From NCBI RefSeq assembly GCF_037042905.1, contig NC_087250.1, forward strand, positions 11,410,001-11,474,000: a DNA stretch of 64,000 nt, given 5' to 3'. Shown piece after piece: positions 38,168 to 52,112 of the stretch. This stretch comes from Lytechinus pictus (Eukaryota). Numbering within the stretch: the stretch's first letter is position 1; each line of letters starts with the position of its first letter. The notes below the pieces were generated by a model. It did no database searches, was not told the DNA's origin, and saw only the letters and a list, made by a program, of their open reading frames with translations. The translations under genes were made by a program, and so were the position numbers.

Positions 38168-39602
38168 GTAAGTACAGTATTTCCTTAGCTTTTATTTTCT
38201 TAATATATTTCGCCTCTTATAGCAGGGGTATCAGAACAGCGGGGGCTATGGGGTCTTCGGCCCCTGACCTGTTTTTTATTAAACCTGTAGAAAATTAAAC
38301 TGTTGACATCTTATTGGTATTTTTAGCATTGTCAACCCACAAGTTTTAAACCCCTTCTTTCCTATGGTGTAGTGTTTGTTTAATCCTATTTATTGTTTCA
38401 AATCAAAGCAAAGCACAAAATAATTGGCGGTCTTTTGAAGGAAAAAAAGGGTGACAAGACCCTATTCAAGTACTAATACACAGCATACAAATTCGATGAA
38501 TAAGATACTAAATACATAATGACTACATAATAAAGAGTTTGAAGAGGCATGCATGTAAATCGAGTATAAAAATCAGATTACAACTTGTAAGTCACATATC
38601 AAAATGCAATTTCTTACAATGTAAAGCTTATTCTACCTCTTGGCCTTGCCCAATGGTATTCAATATCAATCTGCTTTTTATAATATAGTGTCAGTTCTTA
38701 ATATTTCACCTCCCTCATTCTCCAAAGTACTCAAATTTCACTTATTTGGCCTATATCTCGCTTTTTATTTTTTCATTTTGGAAGAACTTAAAGGTCTGTC
38801 ACACTTGAAGGTATTAGCCAACGACGTACAAGCCGTTTCGGAATCCCATTTATTTATATCAAGTATCAGTGGCGCTTATCCCCTCCCCAACCTTTTCCCA
38901 TTTTTTTCACGACCAAGAAAATAAAAATAAAAGGAAAGAGAAAATGGTGATATATATTATTCTGTGAAAATCTATCACAAAATTAGATTATTTTTTTATA
39001 AATAGGTCGAAATTTTCGCTCGTTTGCAACTTTTCATAAATGTTCCCCGATACGCAAGATCTCGCCCTTCAAAATTGTTGGCTCAATTAGACACTGTCAA
39101 GAATTACATTTTCTTCAGAACACAATTTTTTTCTTAACAATGGACTTCATGCGAACAAAAAAGGTAATGCTAGCAAGAATTGAATGATTGGTTACAACAG
39201 TTGCAGTAATCTTCATTATAACATTTTGTGTTATATTGATTTAATTGAAAAGGTATTTTTAAAGTAATTTTACTTCCACAAAATAACTTCACATCTCGAT
39301 TCATTCATTGCAATCAAACTTTATTTCGGCTCAATTCGAATCTACCATCACAAAGGATAGAGCCTGGATATCAAAGCATATCCCATATAAAATTGGTATA
39401 AAATACTCTTTCAGTATGTCTACAGTTACAATATCTCCTTTTCATTATTATTTCAACTGAGTTGACAAGTTTATAGGTGTAAAGTTTTTGTTTGCTCACA
39501 CACGGTACAAGCGGAGTGGTATGATCTGTAAACGTTTAAAATATTGAAACTATGACAAGAAAAATTCATAGAATAACAATCATTTTCGAAATTTCTTTAC
39601 AG

Positions 39603-40298
39603 AGTACTCGCGGCCTGGCTATCTTAGCACTTCTCACGATCGTGTGCTCATTGGCTAGCGTTGGAGTCCCAGCATGGCCACTCTACGAAAACGGATATTT
39701 CTTTGGCATTCCACCCCAGACATCGACAAATATGACGCCCTCTACGGCCATCATGACAACTCCATTGGCTGTGACAACGGTACCGATGACTACGGTCGAA
39801 AGTGACATGGCGACCAATGCGACTGTCACAAATGGGACATCGAATGATACAAATGGGACTGCAGATAACTCGACAGCATCAGGTGGTGCCAATATGACGT
39901 CACCCAATGTGACAGCACCCAATGTGACGGCAGAAAATATGACGACACCGAATGTGGTGACGCCAAATGTGACGTCGCCAAATGTGACGTCGCCAAATGC
40001 GACGACGCCAAATGTGACGTCACCGAATGTGACGTCACCAAATGTGACTTCCTCAAATATGACATCAGACAATAGCAGCTCATCAGGGATGATGACAACA
40101 CCGGAAGTTACGTCAGGAACTGTGATGGATACCACCGGAAATTCGACTGTTCTTCCAACCACTCGAGAACCGATTAACTTTGATGAGTGGTTATTGCTGA
40201 TGGCACCCTTTGGGATAGTTAGTTTCTTCGCCTTTATATTTATTCTTCTCAGTCTATTCATATGCTGTATAGCATGCTGTTGTCCGGAGCGATCAGAG
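39603..40298 (+). CDS. Four-TM membrane glycoprotein, coding exon 3 (TM3, mucin-like N-x-T repeat loop, TM4, CCIACCC)
   Basis: TTTCTTTACAG acceptor, 696 nt open in phase 0, GAG|GTAAGA donor; lies within ORF 39552-40382. Confidence 0.9.
39891..40070 (+). repeat. Coding 15-bp minisatellite, 12 units (consensus AATGTGACGTCACCA = NVTSP)
   Basis: Read directly: NMTSP NVTAP NVTAE NMTTP NVVTP NVTSP NVTSP NATTP NVTSP NVTSP NVTSS NMTSD. Confidence 0.95.
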
Positions 40299-40377
40299 GT
40301 AAGACTTTCAGAAAATTCCTTTCTCTCTATCTCTCTCTCTTTCTTTTTCTTTTATCAACTTTTTCATTCAGATTTCT

Positions 40378-40589
40378 GGTGACACGACAGTTGCTCCTGC
40401 GACAATTGCTCTGGAATTAATTTAGCCTAAGATGTAGGGTTAGTGTTAGGGTTGCAATAGGGTTTTATATTAGGTTTCGGGTAGGGTATAGTGTTAAACC
40501 CAGTGTTAAAAGTTGGTAATTCGATTAGTGTGTGAAAATTAGAGCGGGGGAACTGTTGCCGGAGCAAATGTCACGGTCCTCACGGAACC
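40378..40589. mobile_element. Short element with internal TAGGGT telomere-like repeats (Tsp-like); split copy at 4179-5374
   Basis: GGTGACACGACA...TTGCTC left end, GAGCAAATGTCA...GGAACC right end at both loci. Confidence 0.7.
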
Positions 40590-41207
40590 AATTTTCTACC
40601 TCCGCCGCGCCGGTTTGCCTGGATCTGCCACTGCCCAAAAAGACAAAATTTCATAGGATTCTTTTCTCAACCCAAACCTGATGACTGCTATTTTGAATAA
40701 TTAATTAAAGATCCATTAAACCGAAATGTCATTTGGGCCTAAACTTACATGTTGTCACACCTGGACGATCAGTTCCCTTGTTTCTCTTTTTTTTTATTGT
40801 TCCACGACCGGTTTTTATTGTCCACAGAATAGTTTTTCATTAGATTTGTTTCATGACTATGACCTGAATTTCCAGGGTCCGTTGCAGAAAGAGTTGCGTT
40901 TAAACGCAAGTCAACAAATCAATCGCAAGTCGATTATTATTCTCTCTTAGCCTCATATTTCATCCATTGTTTGTGCGTTGATAATGTCCTATTGGATAAA
41001 TCATAATGCAGTTTGATTCTGTCTGATGACGTCCAATATACACTGTAAAAAACATCCATTGGTGTCCATGGCGGGCCACACCCTTGGGGATGGTGTTAAG
41101 CCTACACCCTAGAGATTTGACATAACACCAAAGAGTGTAAAACTCCATGTTTCAACCAAAGGTGCTAAAATAACACCCACAGTTACTGAATAATCCCAAC
41201 AATTTAA

Positions 41208-41763
41208 AGGAAAATGAAACCTTCGGAACAAGATAGCTTGTGCAAAAACACAAAAAAAACTAAGAAACAGATCAACGAAAGTTTGAGAAAAATTGAATAA
41301 ATACTAAGAAATATTAGAAATTTAGATTATTGTAATATTGGCAATATGTGTGATGACACCTGTGAACTACTTTCTCATTACTTTTGTATATATTTCACTC
41401 AAACTGCCCCCTTGTCACATCTATCAGTAAATTATGTATTCTTTCTATATAAGGGCATGTAAAACAGATCTTCTAAGAATACATTATGTATATGAAGAGT
41501 TTGTATCATCATAAGAAAGAGCAAAAAGAGACATTTTGGAGGTACATAGTCCATCAAAGGGAAGGTCGTTCACGTGTGAGATCACACATCTTTGTTGCAT
41601 TGCCAATGAGGAGATCTCCATAGCATTAGTGACTGCAGTATTCAAATGCTCATAACTTTCTCATTACCATGTCTTGTCCGATTTTTCTCAAACTTTCTTT
41701 TATTTTATTCTTTGATTTTTCTGTTTTCACACAAGCTCACTTGTTCCAAAGTTTTATTCCCCT
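41208..41763. mobile_element. Kolobok-like MITE (AGGAAAATGAAACCTTCGGAACAAG TIR)
   Basis: TTAA left flank, TTAG right flank, imperfect TIR. Confidence 0.7.
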
Positions 41764-44541
41764 TTAGGTATTTGTGTGGTGTCGTCTGCAACCACACGTT
41801 TTGCTGTGCATTCGAAACTTGTGAATATTCTCTACCTCATGGTTATTTTATATTTATTATTGGTTATTTATGATGTTATTATGGTTATTTATATATCTGT
41901 AAAGCGCTTAGAGACGTCGTTCCGATGTGTTAAGCGCTATATAAATGCGGAATATTATTTATATTTTTTTTCTTCACAAAGTGTAACATTTTTTTTCCTA
42001 TGTCAAAACTACTTTTAGTTTCCATCAGACGAGGAATGGGTAAGACTGTGTATACTGATCGTGCTAATGCTCTTTAATGCCAGTGCATCGAATTACAAAA
42101 GAGAAAATAAATCTATTCATCTGGACGTACTATTATTGAAACGGAGAGCAGTTTTACAAAGAGTTACGATGATCCAATCAATCGTAGCTCTATTGAAATC
42201 CATCAGTGTCATATTTTTTCTTACAGGAAATTTGCAAAATGTCCTTTGCAAACAAATGAGATCACACCCAATTGTCAAGAAATAAATGAATTTATGGATA
42301 TACATTCATATCTATAAAAAAGTTAAAATAAACATGCATTTCATTAATTATGTTGACTTTGCTGGCTTTCCATAGTTGCGATTGATTGGATCAATCGCAA
42401 CTCTTTGTAAGACGAGGCCCTGATCCGGGACGCTTCTTCAGCTCGTCTGAGTTTCCGTTTCAATAAGAGTAGCTCCCGGCCCCCGTTTCATAAAAACTTA
42501 TTTAAAAAAATGCAGTAACAGTTAAAAGCTACTGTAATCCTTCAATCTGATTGGCTGGTAGTAAATTTGCTATAGAATTTGTGCATCTGTTCTCAAAACA
42601 AGTCTTTGTGAAACGGGACATAAATTGATTTATTTTCTCTTTTGTAATTTGACTCTCTTCGTGGAGGAATCAAAACGTACATCAGTTAAATGCTTGTGCA
42701 TGTTATTTCTACTACTGTTAATAAGTGAAATAGATGAGGGGCTTGTATACTTTTTTTCAAATTCAAAGAAAGCTCAGCGGTCGAGCCATCGCACGATAAG
42801 GTAAAATCCTTGTAATCCGGCCTTTCATAATAATATCCAATTTTGTTTGCTAATAAAGGTATCTTACACTAGTTTGAAGTAAACCCCTAATTCGTGTCAA
42901 TAAATGATGCTAATTGTCAAGAATACATTTCGTTTGGCGAATGTTACGACTATCGTGAAGGAAAAAAAGGTAGTCTTGTCAATTACTGTTCAAAAGGTTC
43001 TGAAGCCGTTCACAAAAACGTAAATATCGAGGGGTTTTCTTATCATGTTGAACTGCAAAACGATCAATTTGTGGTGTCAAACCCCTTCTTTCTTTGTTAA
43101 AGCAACAATTACGAATGTTGGATATGTTTATATGCTTGTATCCTTAACAAATGATAATAATACATGTGACTTTACAAAGCGCGAAATCCACTTTGTAGAG
43201 GAGTGCGTTAGGCGAATATACAATTGGAAAGTGAATAGAAAGGTTTAACAACATTTATAAAGACTCAACAGAGATAGAAATCATCTTGTGTCCATTGAAA
43301 ACCGCACTCTTTATCTCCTGATTTTCCCTTTATTTTTAATAATTTGGCGATGTTTTAATTTTTCCATGAGAGGTCGGGAAACGCGATGGTTTGACTCAAG
43401 CCTTTTCTAGATGGTGATATAGTTGCATGGGGATTTTCTTCCTTAGTCATATCAGATAATTTCTGCTATGATTTTGCTATATATTATCTGTAACTATAGT
43501 GATTTAGGGGATGGATCCAACGTCTATTAATTCCAAAGTTATACCGATTAGAATTTTTAAGATGCAAACATGTCTTCCAAGTTTCCTTTTTCCCTTTCAT
43601 TGGGCATTGCTTGAAACTTGGAATCACTTGCATGTTAAGTTTAGGTGAAAAGAGAAAAATCAAACTTAGAGTTTGGCAAATTTTTTTCACTCGTTTGCTA
43701 GTCTGCCTCAGTCTTATAACATACCATAGAAATAAAGTTGCTCTAGTTATAACTGATATATCAATTGTAAATTTGCATCACTAATTGCAGTTGATTGCAA
43801 ATATTTTCTTGCAACACCCCTTAAGTTTTACGCTATGGGTATATAGGTTTTCCGTTTAGTTTTGGTATAATTTGGTTTGGCTTTGCACGTGCCTTCCTTG
43901 ACGTTGCTTTAGTGTTATTAAAGACGATTCTTAAAAAAAAATATTTTTAATATATATTTTTTTGAGTATTACAATCGCTAAACGTAGTTTTTTGGAGACG
44001 GCATGGTAGAAAAAAAGCTTGGTCGCATATTTCAAAATTATTTATTTAAAGGTAAAGATAACCCCAACACGACTGGAATAACACAAACATGAAAGAAACG
44101 TTACAATGTAAGTTTCACTGAAGTGGAAACAGATATTTTAAAAAATTTCCTTACATTTGGAGCCTTGAAATTAGTTAACTTTTTTTAGATGTCATGGTGA
44201 AAAAAAATGTATCTCGTTATTTTTTTTTTTATATCAAGTCAACCCCACTATAAACAAAAATGAAACAAGCATTAAAAGATTTGCTGAAGTGGAAAGTGAA
44301 TCATATGATTATAGAGTACTATTAATGATTACATATTCATTTCTCTTGTGTTCTTTCACTTTGAATGTTTAATTTGTTAAATATGATGACAAAAAGAAAT
44401 TTATTACAATGTTTACCATACGTTAGAAGTAAACATGATAATGTAAATTCCAGCTAATTGATTCATTTGAAAATTCAAATTATCTCACATTTCACATAAA
44501 AAAACTAATTAAATAATGCGCGTGTTGTCATTAGTTCCCTC

Positions 44542-44793
44542 TTTGTTTCTGTTTATGGTAACTCCCGTAGAAATCGGCAGGACAGCGTTTTGCTGGTAAA
44601 CGCCAAGCTGGTATATAACCAATTGTACGTAGGAAACATTTTACGTCTAGGTTAATCAGTCATAATGGCTGACCTTATAGACGAGAGATGTTACTCTCTG
44701 GCCTTTTTATCAAAGTGGAGACAATGGCAGAGTGGGGATTCGAACTCACAACCTTGCGATTATTAGTCCAATGCTCTAACCACTGGACCACAC
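44542..44793 (-). mobile_element. tRNA-derived SINE, same family as 37322-37589
   Basis: Intact A and B boxes; colinear body. Confidence 0.88.
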
Positions 44794-45030
44794 TTTATGT
44801 TTATTTTTTATTGTTCTATTTCTCCCATTTTCTCTAGTTATATATATCAAATGGGGTGGATTTGGCCCTTAAAAAAACAAAAACGTTGGTGCATGTAGTG
44901 TAATGTGATATTACTCTCATGCAATAGGATCACTCTGTTTTTGCCGTATTATCATTTCCCTTTATATCATTCCTACTCACCGCTCCACTTTTCATTCATT
45001 CGTGTTTTTTTTTAATATCCGTTTTAACAG

Positions 45031-45063
45031 ATCGTGGATGACATGGAATTGTATAAGACTTAG
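45031..45063 (+). CDS. Four-TM membrane glycoprotein, last coding exon (IVDDMELYKT*)
   Basis: Long pyrimidine tract + AACAG acceptor at 45030, phase 0, stop TAG; AATAAA at about 45178. The joined protein is 336 aa. Confidence 0.7.
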   Translation: MVDDMELYKT

Positions 45064-45909
45064 AATGGTGATTTGGCGCAGATGTTTACTCAAACGTGGA
45101 GTCTGGGTGATAGACTACGTAGGCCTACTGTTGACGTCATCGTTTGGTCTCCCTCCGCCGATACCAGCAAGTGACTAAATAAACAACAACTAACCTTCCT
45201 TCTTTAAACAAAATTTTTGTTTCCTTTACTGTAAAACCTGGGGTATCAAACCAGCCCCAATTGGTGTCGGACCACATCTAAAGGTGTTAAAGTTACGCCG
45301 TAGATATTGAACTTAACACCAAAGAGTATCGACTAAACTAAATGTGTCGTAATAAGACCAATGCATGTTAAGCCAACGCTGTAATTTTAACCCCACATGG
45401 TTTGCTTTTTAGCATTATCGTTCTGAATAGAACATATTATGCCCCCTTTTGGATCTAACTGCTGTATATTTTCTCTTTTAGCAGCCAAGCCAAAGTATTA
45501 TTGTTTTACACTTATTGTACTTCCCTGCAATTATATCAAAAGCATTGAACATTGTAGAAACATTATTATGTAATCCGAAAGCCATTCGAAAAAATGGCAT
45601 TGATTGTATATCGTAAGGATGGAGCTCCAACATGATATCATTACGAGCATTGAAAATGTGCAAAATTCAAATGTCTTTTTTTCGGTAGTGGGGTCACTTT
45701 TAGTGATTTTAATTCGTATTTTGAGGAATTTTACTATTGTAACAATTCCTCAATCCATGTTTATCTGAAATTGCAATTTTAAATTTTATCAGAATCCTTA
45801 TGCTTCCAATATCTCATGCTAGATATAAAATGATTTACATTATTTCATATTGATGCTCATGTTGGCTATGATGTACACGTGGATGCATGCCCTGTGTACC
45901 TTATTTCTG

Positions 45910-46165
45910 AAGAGTCAAATTTGACTCGGAATGGCGTCAGTTGGGAGTCAATTGTGTTTCGAGTCAAAGTGACTCCTTTCCAATATATTTTTACTGGGAG
46001 TTGAGTGATATTTTAAAGCTAATGTCACACCATTTGACTGGGAATTGACTTGACCCACTACTGACACCATTCCGAGCCAACTTCATTCAGAGTCTGAGTC
46101 AATTGCACTCGAACTAAAGTTGTTTTGACTCACAGCTGACACAATTCTGGGTCAAAGTTGAATCA
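45910..46165. repeat. Palindromic MITE-like element built of GAGTCAA/TTGACTC motifs
   Basis: Multiple nested inverted motifs. Confidence 0.6.
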
Positions 46166-49100
46166 GCAATAATAAGTGATTTGATATGATTAGATACTGC
46201 AGGATACAGGGTATATAGAGCGTTCTCAGAAGTTTAAAAATGTGTTGATTCATTGTTTATGGTCTGATGCGCAGGTTAATTGTTATGCCATCCACTGTGA
46301 CGTCACCTGAAAAAACGTTTTATAGATTCACTATTTTGGTAAACTAATCAATATTTATGCTGCATACGACAAGAGGTGTGGGCTATATTGATTATAAATA
46401 TGTAATTTTCTGCAAGCAGTCGAGGCGGCGATGGATCGGAAGTTTGTTCAAAGTTCAAGTGCACCAATGAGCGGAATCAGGATCATGAATTCAATGAGGG
46501 AGCGGCTAAGTAGGGGCCTAAGATTGACGTCCTATAACCTTCTCAAATGAATTAAAGCGGTATGTCGGGATCTCTCAAATTTGTTGTTTTCTTCCGCTTT
46601 CTTCCCTTTTTAAAATTTAACTACTGGGCAATTCCATAAAATATGTACGTCCGACCCCATATAAATTATGTGGAACCTTCATGAAATATTCTGTCTCTGA
46701 TTTCTGGTTCCTTTGACAGTCTGTAACGCTCTTAAAGTTAAGGTGGCGTTCGGACCATCCTCCCCCCCCCCCCACAATAGCTCTAGTGCCGCCCCTGAGT
46801 CCATCCCAAAAATAAGTTGATTTGAACAAAATAAGCGATGAGTGATAAAAATCAACCAAGCATAACACCAAAAATATCGACTAATTTGCATATATACATG
46901 TACCAAGAGAGCTATGACATTTGTTTTCTTTATGTTTAGCTAATTTTTACGAAAAGGGTTACATGCACGTCCTAGGGCCACGTGATATAAAGCTTAGTAA
47001 CTGATCGTGGGTTAATTGTTACCATTGATCATACACAACGATTAATTCAATCAATTGTAAAATATAGCATACGATCTACCGCTAAAGCTTTATGTAATAT
47101 GGGCCGGGCGGGTGTTTCATAAAGCTGTTCGTAAGAAGAGCGACTTTAACTACGACTGGTAATAGAACGCACCATTTGCGATGATTTAGCGCGCAAGAAA
47201 GGATCACCAGCTGTTCTTAAAGTCGCCCTTAACTTACGAACAGCTTTATGAATCGGCCCCCTAAAAGCATAGAATTTCTAGCACTTTGGGGTTTCAATTT
47301 AGTTTAATTTCTCATCAGAGTATATATATAGACCATGCCAAAATTGTGAATGAAAAGTATCTTCCTCATGGTAGGTTCATATCAACTGAAAAAATATTAA
47401 TATAACAATTTTGAATTATTGCAAGCCTTAGTTTGGAGTAAATGCCAAATTTGTTTCAAATCGTAGCCAATCGTACGATTGCTATGACGTAATTACGACT
47501 AGATATTGAATTCGCTTTTATTCCGATAAGGACGAGAGCAAAGTCACAGATTTTAGCGTAGGTATTGGCACGATGATCTAGAACATTGCGCAGTCAGATA
47601 TTCCATGTTTCATTATTAGCATTAAATTTTACGTTTTATTCCAAAATCGGTTCGCAGAGCAATTGTAAGGTGCACAGTGGTCATTAAACATAACTTAATC
47701 AGTTCAATGATGGTTTGCATGGTTAGTTATTATATTGTTATCTCCATCAACAGCATATAAATGGCAAGGACACTAAAATCTCTCATAGTTAATGATCTGT
47801 GCAATGGCATGAAAATATGGATAGACATATAACCATGATTTTTATGTTAAATAATTTTTTAGCATGGACTTTTATCTCAAATTTCGTTTTTTCTTTCTTT
47901 GTTGTTTGAGTAATCCGTATTAGTAATCACAACTTGTAAGGATGGACTTTATGCCATATTGAAACCTTATATTTTACCGAGATATTCTTTAATTGATATG
48001 TTTGTATTATTATTCATGAACTGTTTTTTTTTTTCATTTATTCTTTTATTGTATTAGTGAGGAATATGTTTTTCTCATGAGTTGAGTCCTGAGTAGACCT
48101 ATGTAAATACGAATTTGAAATTGAATTTGAATGTCGGAAAGCTTACGGCAAATTGTATCACTTTTTTATCATTATACATTACAATTTTCTTTTCACAGTT
48201 CTTAAGAAAGAACTTGATCTTATTCATTAAGAATACATGTCGACATTTCTTCAAACAGTAACGTCGTTTCATTAATGACAGTTAGTAAATAACAGTCGAA
48301 TAATCTCGCGCAGCTCATTTATTGAACTCGACAGTATACCAAATTTGAACATACAATCGATGGCCCAATGATCACGTGATTAATAACACGTGACAGACCA
48401 ACTGTAAAAAGATATTATGAAAGCGGCATTCTTTGTTTATCTTATATCTTCTTTAGGCCAGACTTGCAATAATTAATTAATTGGACATTCATAGCACTAT
48501 GCCGACACTCGTCTTAAATCTCTGTAACTTTGATTTATCATGTTTTGACATTTTATAAGTTTTAAGGGGTGCACGGTTTCGACTCTTATGTGGGAAAAGG
48601 GAAGTGAAACGAAATGGGCGAAGGGCTTCTCTATTTCACTGAGCGCTGATACGAGCTATTCAGCCACAATACTAAAATGATATATCTAACAATGATTTTT
48701 TTTATTTGATTCTTGAGGAAAAACTTTTTTTAAGTCAATGTTTATTCACTAATGAGGTTTAAAGTGTTTTATGATAACTCATATTATGGCTGTAAATCAA
48801 TTGATTTAATGCCCATAAAAAGTGGTGGTTTTGATATTCACGTAGTTGAGAGTGAATCCAGTTTAAAAATTCGGATATTGATCATATTGTGTGGTGCTAT
48901 CATCCTGTATTAACTACTAGTAATTCATCTCAGCTTATTCACCAGATTTGGTGATTTTTCATAGTTCTATTTTTAATGTATAAGAAGACGCAATAATAAG
49001 CTTTTAATACTTATCAGTCACGGTGTTACATTTATTTCATTTGGGCTTTTAAAGCCACGATGACATAGATCATGTTAGAACTTTTTTTTAGAACTCTCTT

Positions 49101-49452
49101 ATTTTGTAGACATTATGATGTTGTGAAAATGACGAGGTGAAATCAAGAGAAAGGAAGAACAAACTGAAAGGGTATGACTCTGCAGACTTCCTGTAGGCAA
49201 TGCGCAATGCGACTTTACAAAAGTTAGATATTTTTCGTTTCTTTTCCAATAGCCTACTTAGGTGAATTGTTTGTTTACATGCCGGGTACGTCGAAATTCT
49301 GATTATACTTCCGATTTTTTCCCCATCGATGGAGTACTCTATGTATTCAAATGGTATTATATTTCTTTAAAGCAAACATAATATTGAATTTGTTATATAG
49401 GAATTGGATCGCGGTATGATCACATCGTCAGCCATGTGAATACGCTGTGAAT

Positions 49453-49888
49453 CGGGGGGGGGGGCAGTCAAATGTATTGCTGTACACATTCGTGACAAAC
49501 TTATTTCCAAACACCCCCTAAACGAGTTTTTTCTCTGTCTGCAAAATATTCCCTTAAACAAGTTTTTCGCGGTTTTTTTTTAACACAATTTGGCCCCTAA
49601 ACAAGTTGTCGCCAGAATATGACCTCGGGGGAAAAGCTAGGGGGAAAAACTCGCCCAAAACACGTTTGGATAGTTTGTAAAAAAAAAATTTGGAAAAAAA
49701 CATACCCTAAATACGTTTGACCCTGCGATTGACCATTGACCAGTTTTTCAAAACCACCCTTTTTCTTGAAAATCTGTGTTTTTTATACCCTTAACGAGTG
49801 CACGTGCGTCCAAAACTGGAAAAAACACCCCTTTAAACGCGTTTTTTTTTGGTCTCACATGTGTACAGCAATATTTGACTGCCCCCAC
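49453..49888. mobile_element. MITE with TIR GGGGGCAGTCAAAT(G)TATTGCTGTACACAT
   Basis: Inverted repeat of about 30 bp at both ends; internal CCCCTAAAC subrepeats. Confidence 0.8.
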
Positions 49889-51697
49889 ACCTCCACACTG
49901 TTTAATTTGAGTTTGATGTCTGTGAATTTTTTTTCTTCACATATGTGAATACACTGATCCTTTGATTGTGTGAGCAGGTTGCATTAATATTTTGCTAAGG
50001 GGTCGTTCACATATGGACGATACAGTAAGTGAATGCCGACATACCTTGGCCAAACTTTTAATCAACTATATTTCTTGATATCAAGTGCTTAACTCTTGAT
50101 ATCAATCATTGCCGTTCGTTATTGCACAAAATTAGTTCTTGATGACAAAGAAATTAAGATCTCTATATAAAGAATTCGAGTTATTTTTTAGCGTATTGAT
50201 AAAGAAATAAGATTATAAAAAAACAGGGCGCCATAATTATTATACCTATACGTCGGCATAATATGCTGGCTGAAGCGTCCATGTATGTGAAGGCCCTGTT
50301 TTTAATTTCTATTTTTGTTGCTTAAAGTTATGTTCAAATGGCTAAATAATGAACCTTTGGGGTGATTTCCGACGAGTTAAGTGTGACTAAATGAAAATAT
50401 TGAACTATTATTCATATTTATTGATTATGAAATTGCAACATAACGGGCCTATTTGCAATTTATTGCAAATACTTTCTTGCAACAGTGCACCCCTCAGTCA
50501 ACCTTAAATCTTTGTGACACACCCGCCAGAATATGAAGTCTTCGAAATGAACGATATTATCAAGATATCTATATGACTGAATAGACCAAGTGTCATTCAT
50601 GAATTCCGTATAAAATATGTACTATTTTAAGCAGTATTCTATGAATGTGAAAAATTTCATGTGTTATTCTATTTTCTTAGGCGGTAATTAACTGTTGGAT
50701 AAAACCAGACTTTTGGCGAAAAAAACCTCAGACAATTCCTTTCATGAAAAGGTGATAGGTTAAACGGGGCATGCTGAGAATTTCCCCGAGCTTCTGCTCT
50801 CTTTCATGTGCTGCCTTTTAAAAAGAATGATTACAATTGGTAATGTTTTGAGGAAAAAAACCTGATAAGCTTGAGGTTTCTGCTATAAAGGCATGTTATT
50901 TCTCGTAATGAAACAAGCAAGTGAAAACCTATATTCGAACCATATACTTTATCCATCAGAATCTCGTTTTTTCCAACAGTTACTGTGATAACCATCGGAC
51001 TCAGCTGCTTCCTAGCCAAAGATTTGTCAGATAAAACAACTTTTTAGAAGACAAATGTTGATCAATAAAACGACTTCTGAAATATTTGAGATCAGTCAGG
51101 AGCGAATTTGAATTTTTCATAGGTCGCAGATGTTGTCACTTCATGTTTATATATCTAATGTTTTTTAAAGAAATGTTTTAACTTTATATCAGACATGTCT
51201 CTATTTTCACAAATCAAAATTTATATTTAAGGCCATATTGTATGTTTCATAATGTCTTTCAACATCTAAAACAATTACATTTTAACTTTGGTAGGATATA
51301 ATTTAGCATCTTTAGGACTTTCAAGAAATCAAATTGTATTTTGCATTATTTGAAAAATATATATTGTGAGTTTTTATCGTGAATGGTTGGTGAATGTTTT
51401 AGCTGTAATAAAATGTATAAATATGTATGCATATTGATTGTATCTTTGGTTAAGGGAATGAATAAATGCTCGAATTTTCTGGGAAAATTTTTAATCGTTT
51501 TCGTCAATTTATTGAATAGAGATGAATGTAGACGTTGTGTTGACATACGCATTTTGTTTTTGTTTTTCTTTAAAAACATGGCTACACAGAGTTATAGTTC
51601 ACCCCAACTACGAAGTTCGTATGGATGAAAAGAGAAAAATAAGATAAACATAAGGCAGAGTGGAAATGATATATGCTGCAAGAATCCTCAGCAGAGA

Positions 51698-52112
51698 GGT
51701 AAATTGCCAATTCGTCTACTGCCAACTCGTCCACTCACCAACTGGTCTTTTATTTAGTCTTATGCCATTCCGTCCATCAACATTTTGTCTAACAACCATC
51801 TGGTCCAATAACCAATTGGTCCAATCATCACTTCGTCTAATCACCACTTCGCATATGACCATTTCGTCTCATTACCAGTAGGTCTAATATCCATTTTATT
51901 TTCATTCATGTTGCACAATGAACACCAAGTCAAATTATACCAAGTGGTATATGGACTAAATGGCTATTGGACCAACTGGCTATTAGACGAAATGGTGAGT
52001 TGACGAATTGGCATTTAGACCACGTGGATAGTGGACGTACTGATGGTAGACCAAATGATAGTCGACGAGTTGGCAATTGGACGAATTGGCATTGGACGAA
52101 TCGGAGATAAAT
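51698..52112. mobile_element. Second copy of the Mutator-like foldback MITE
   Basis: Colinear with 8131-8527; perfect 9-bp TSD CAGCAGAGA. Confidence 0.9.

Noticed and set aside
39683..40261. 192-aa minus ORF with VTFGD repeats
   Set aside because: Antisense of the NVTSP minisatellite exon.
40435..40490. TTAGGG-like telomeric repeats
   Set aside because: Short, degenerate and internal to a dispersed element.
44725..44793. tRNA-like sequences here and at 22191, 37589 and 57848
   Set aside because: No proper acceptor stem and each continues into a repeated SINE body and tail; SINE heads, not tRNA genes.
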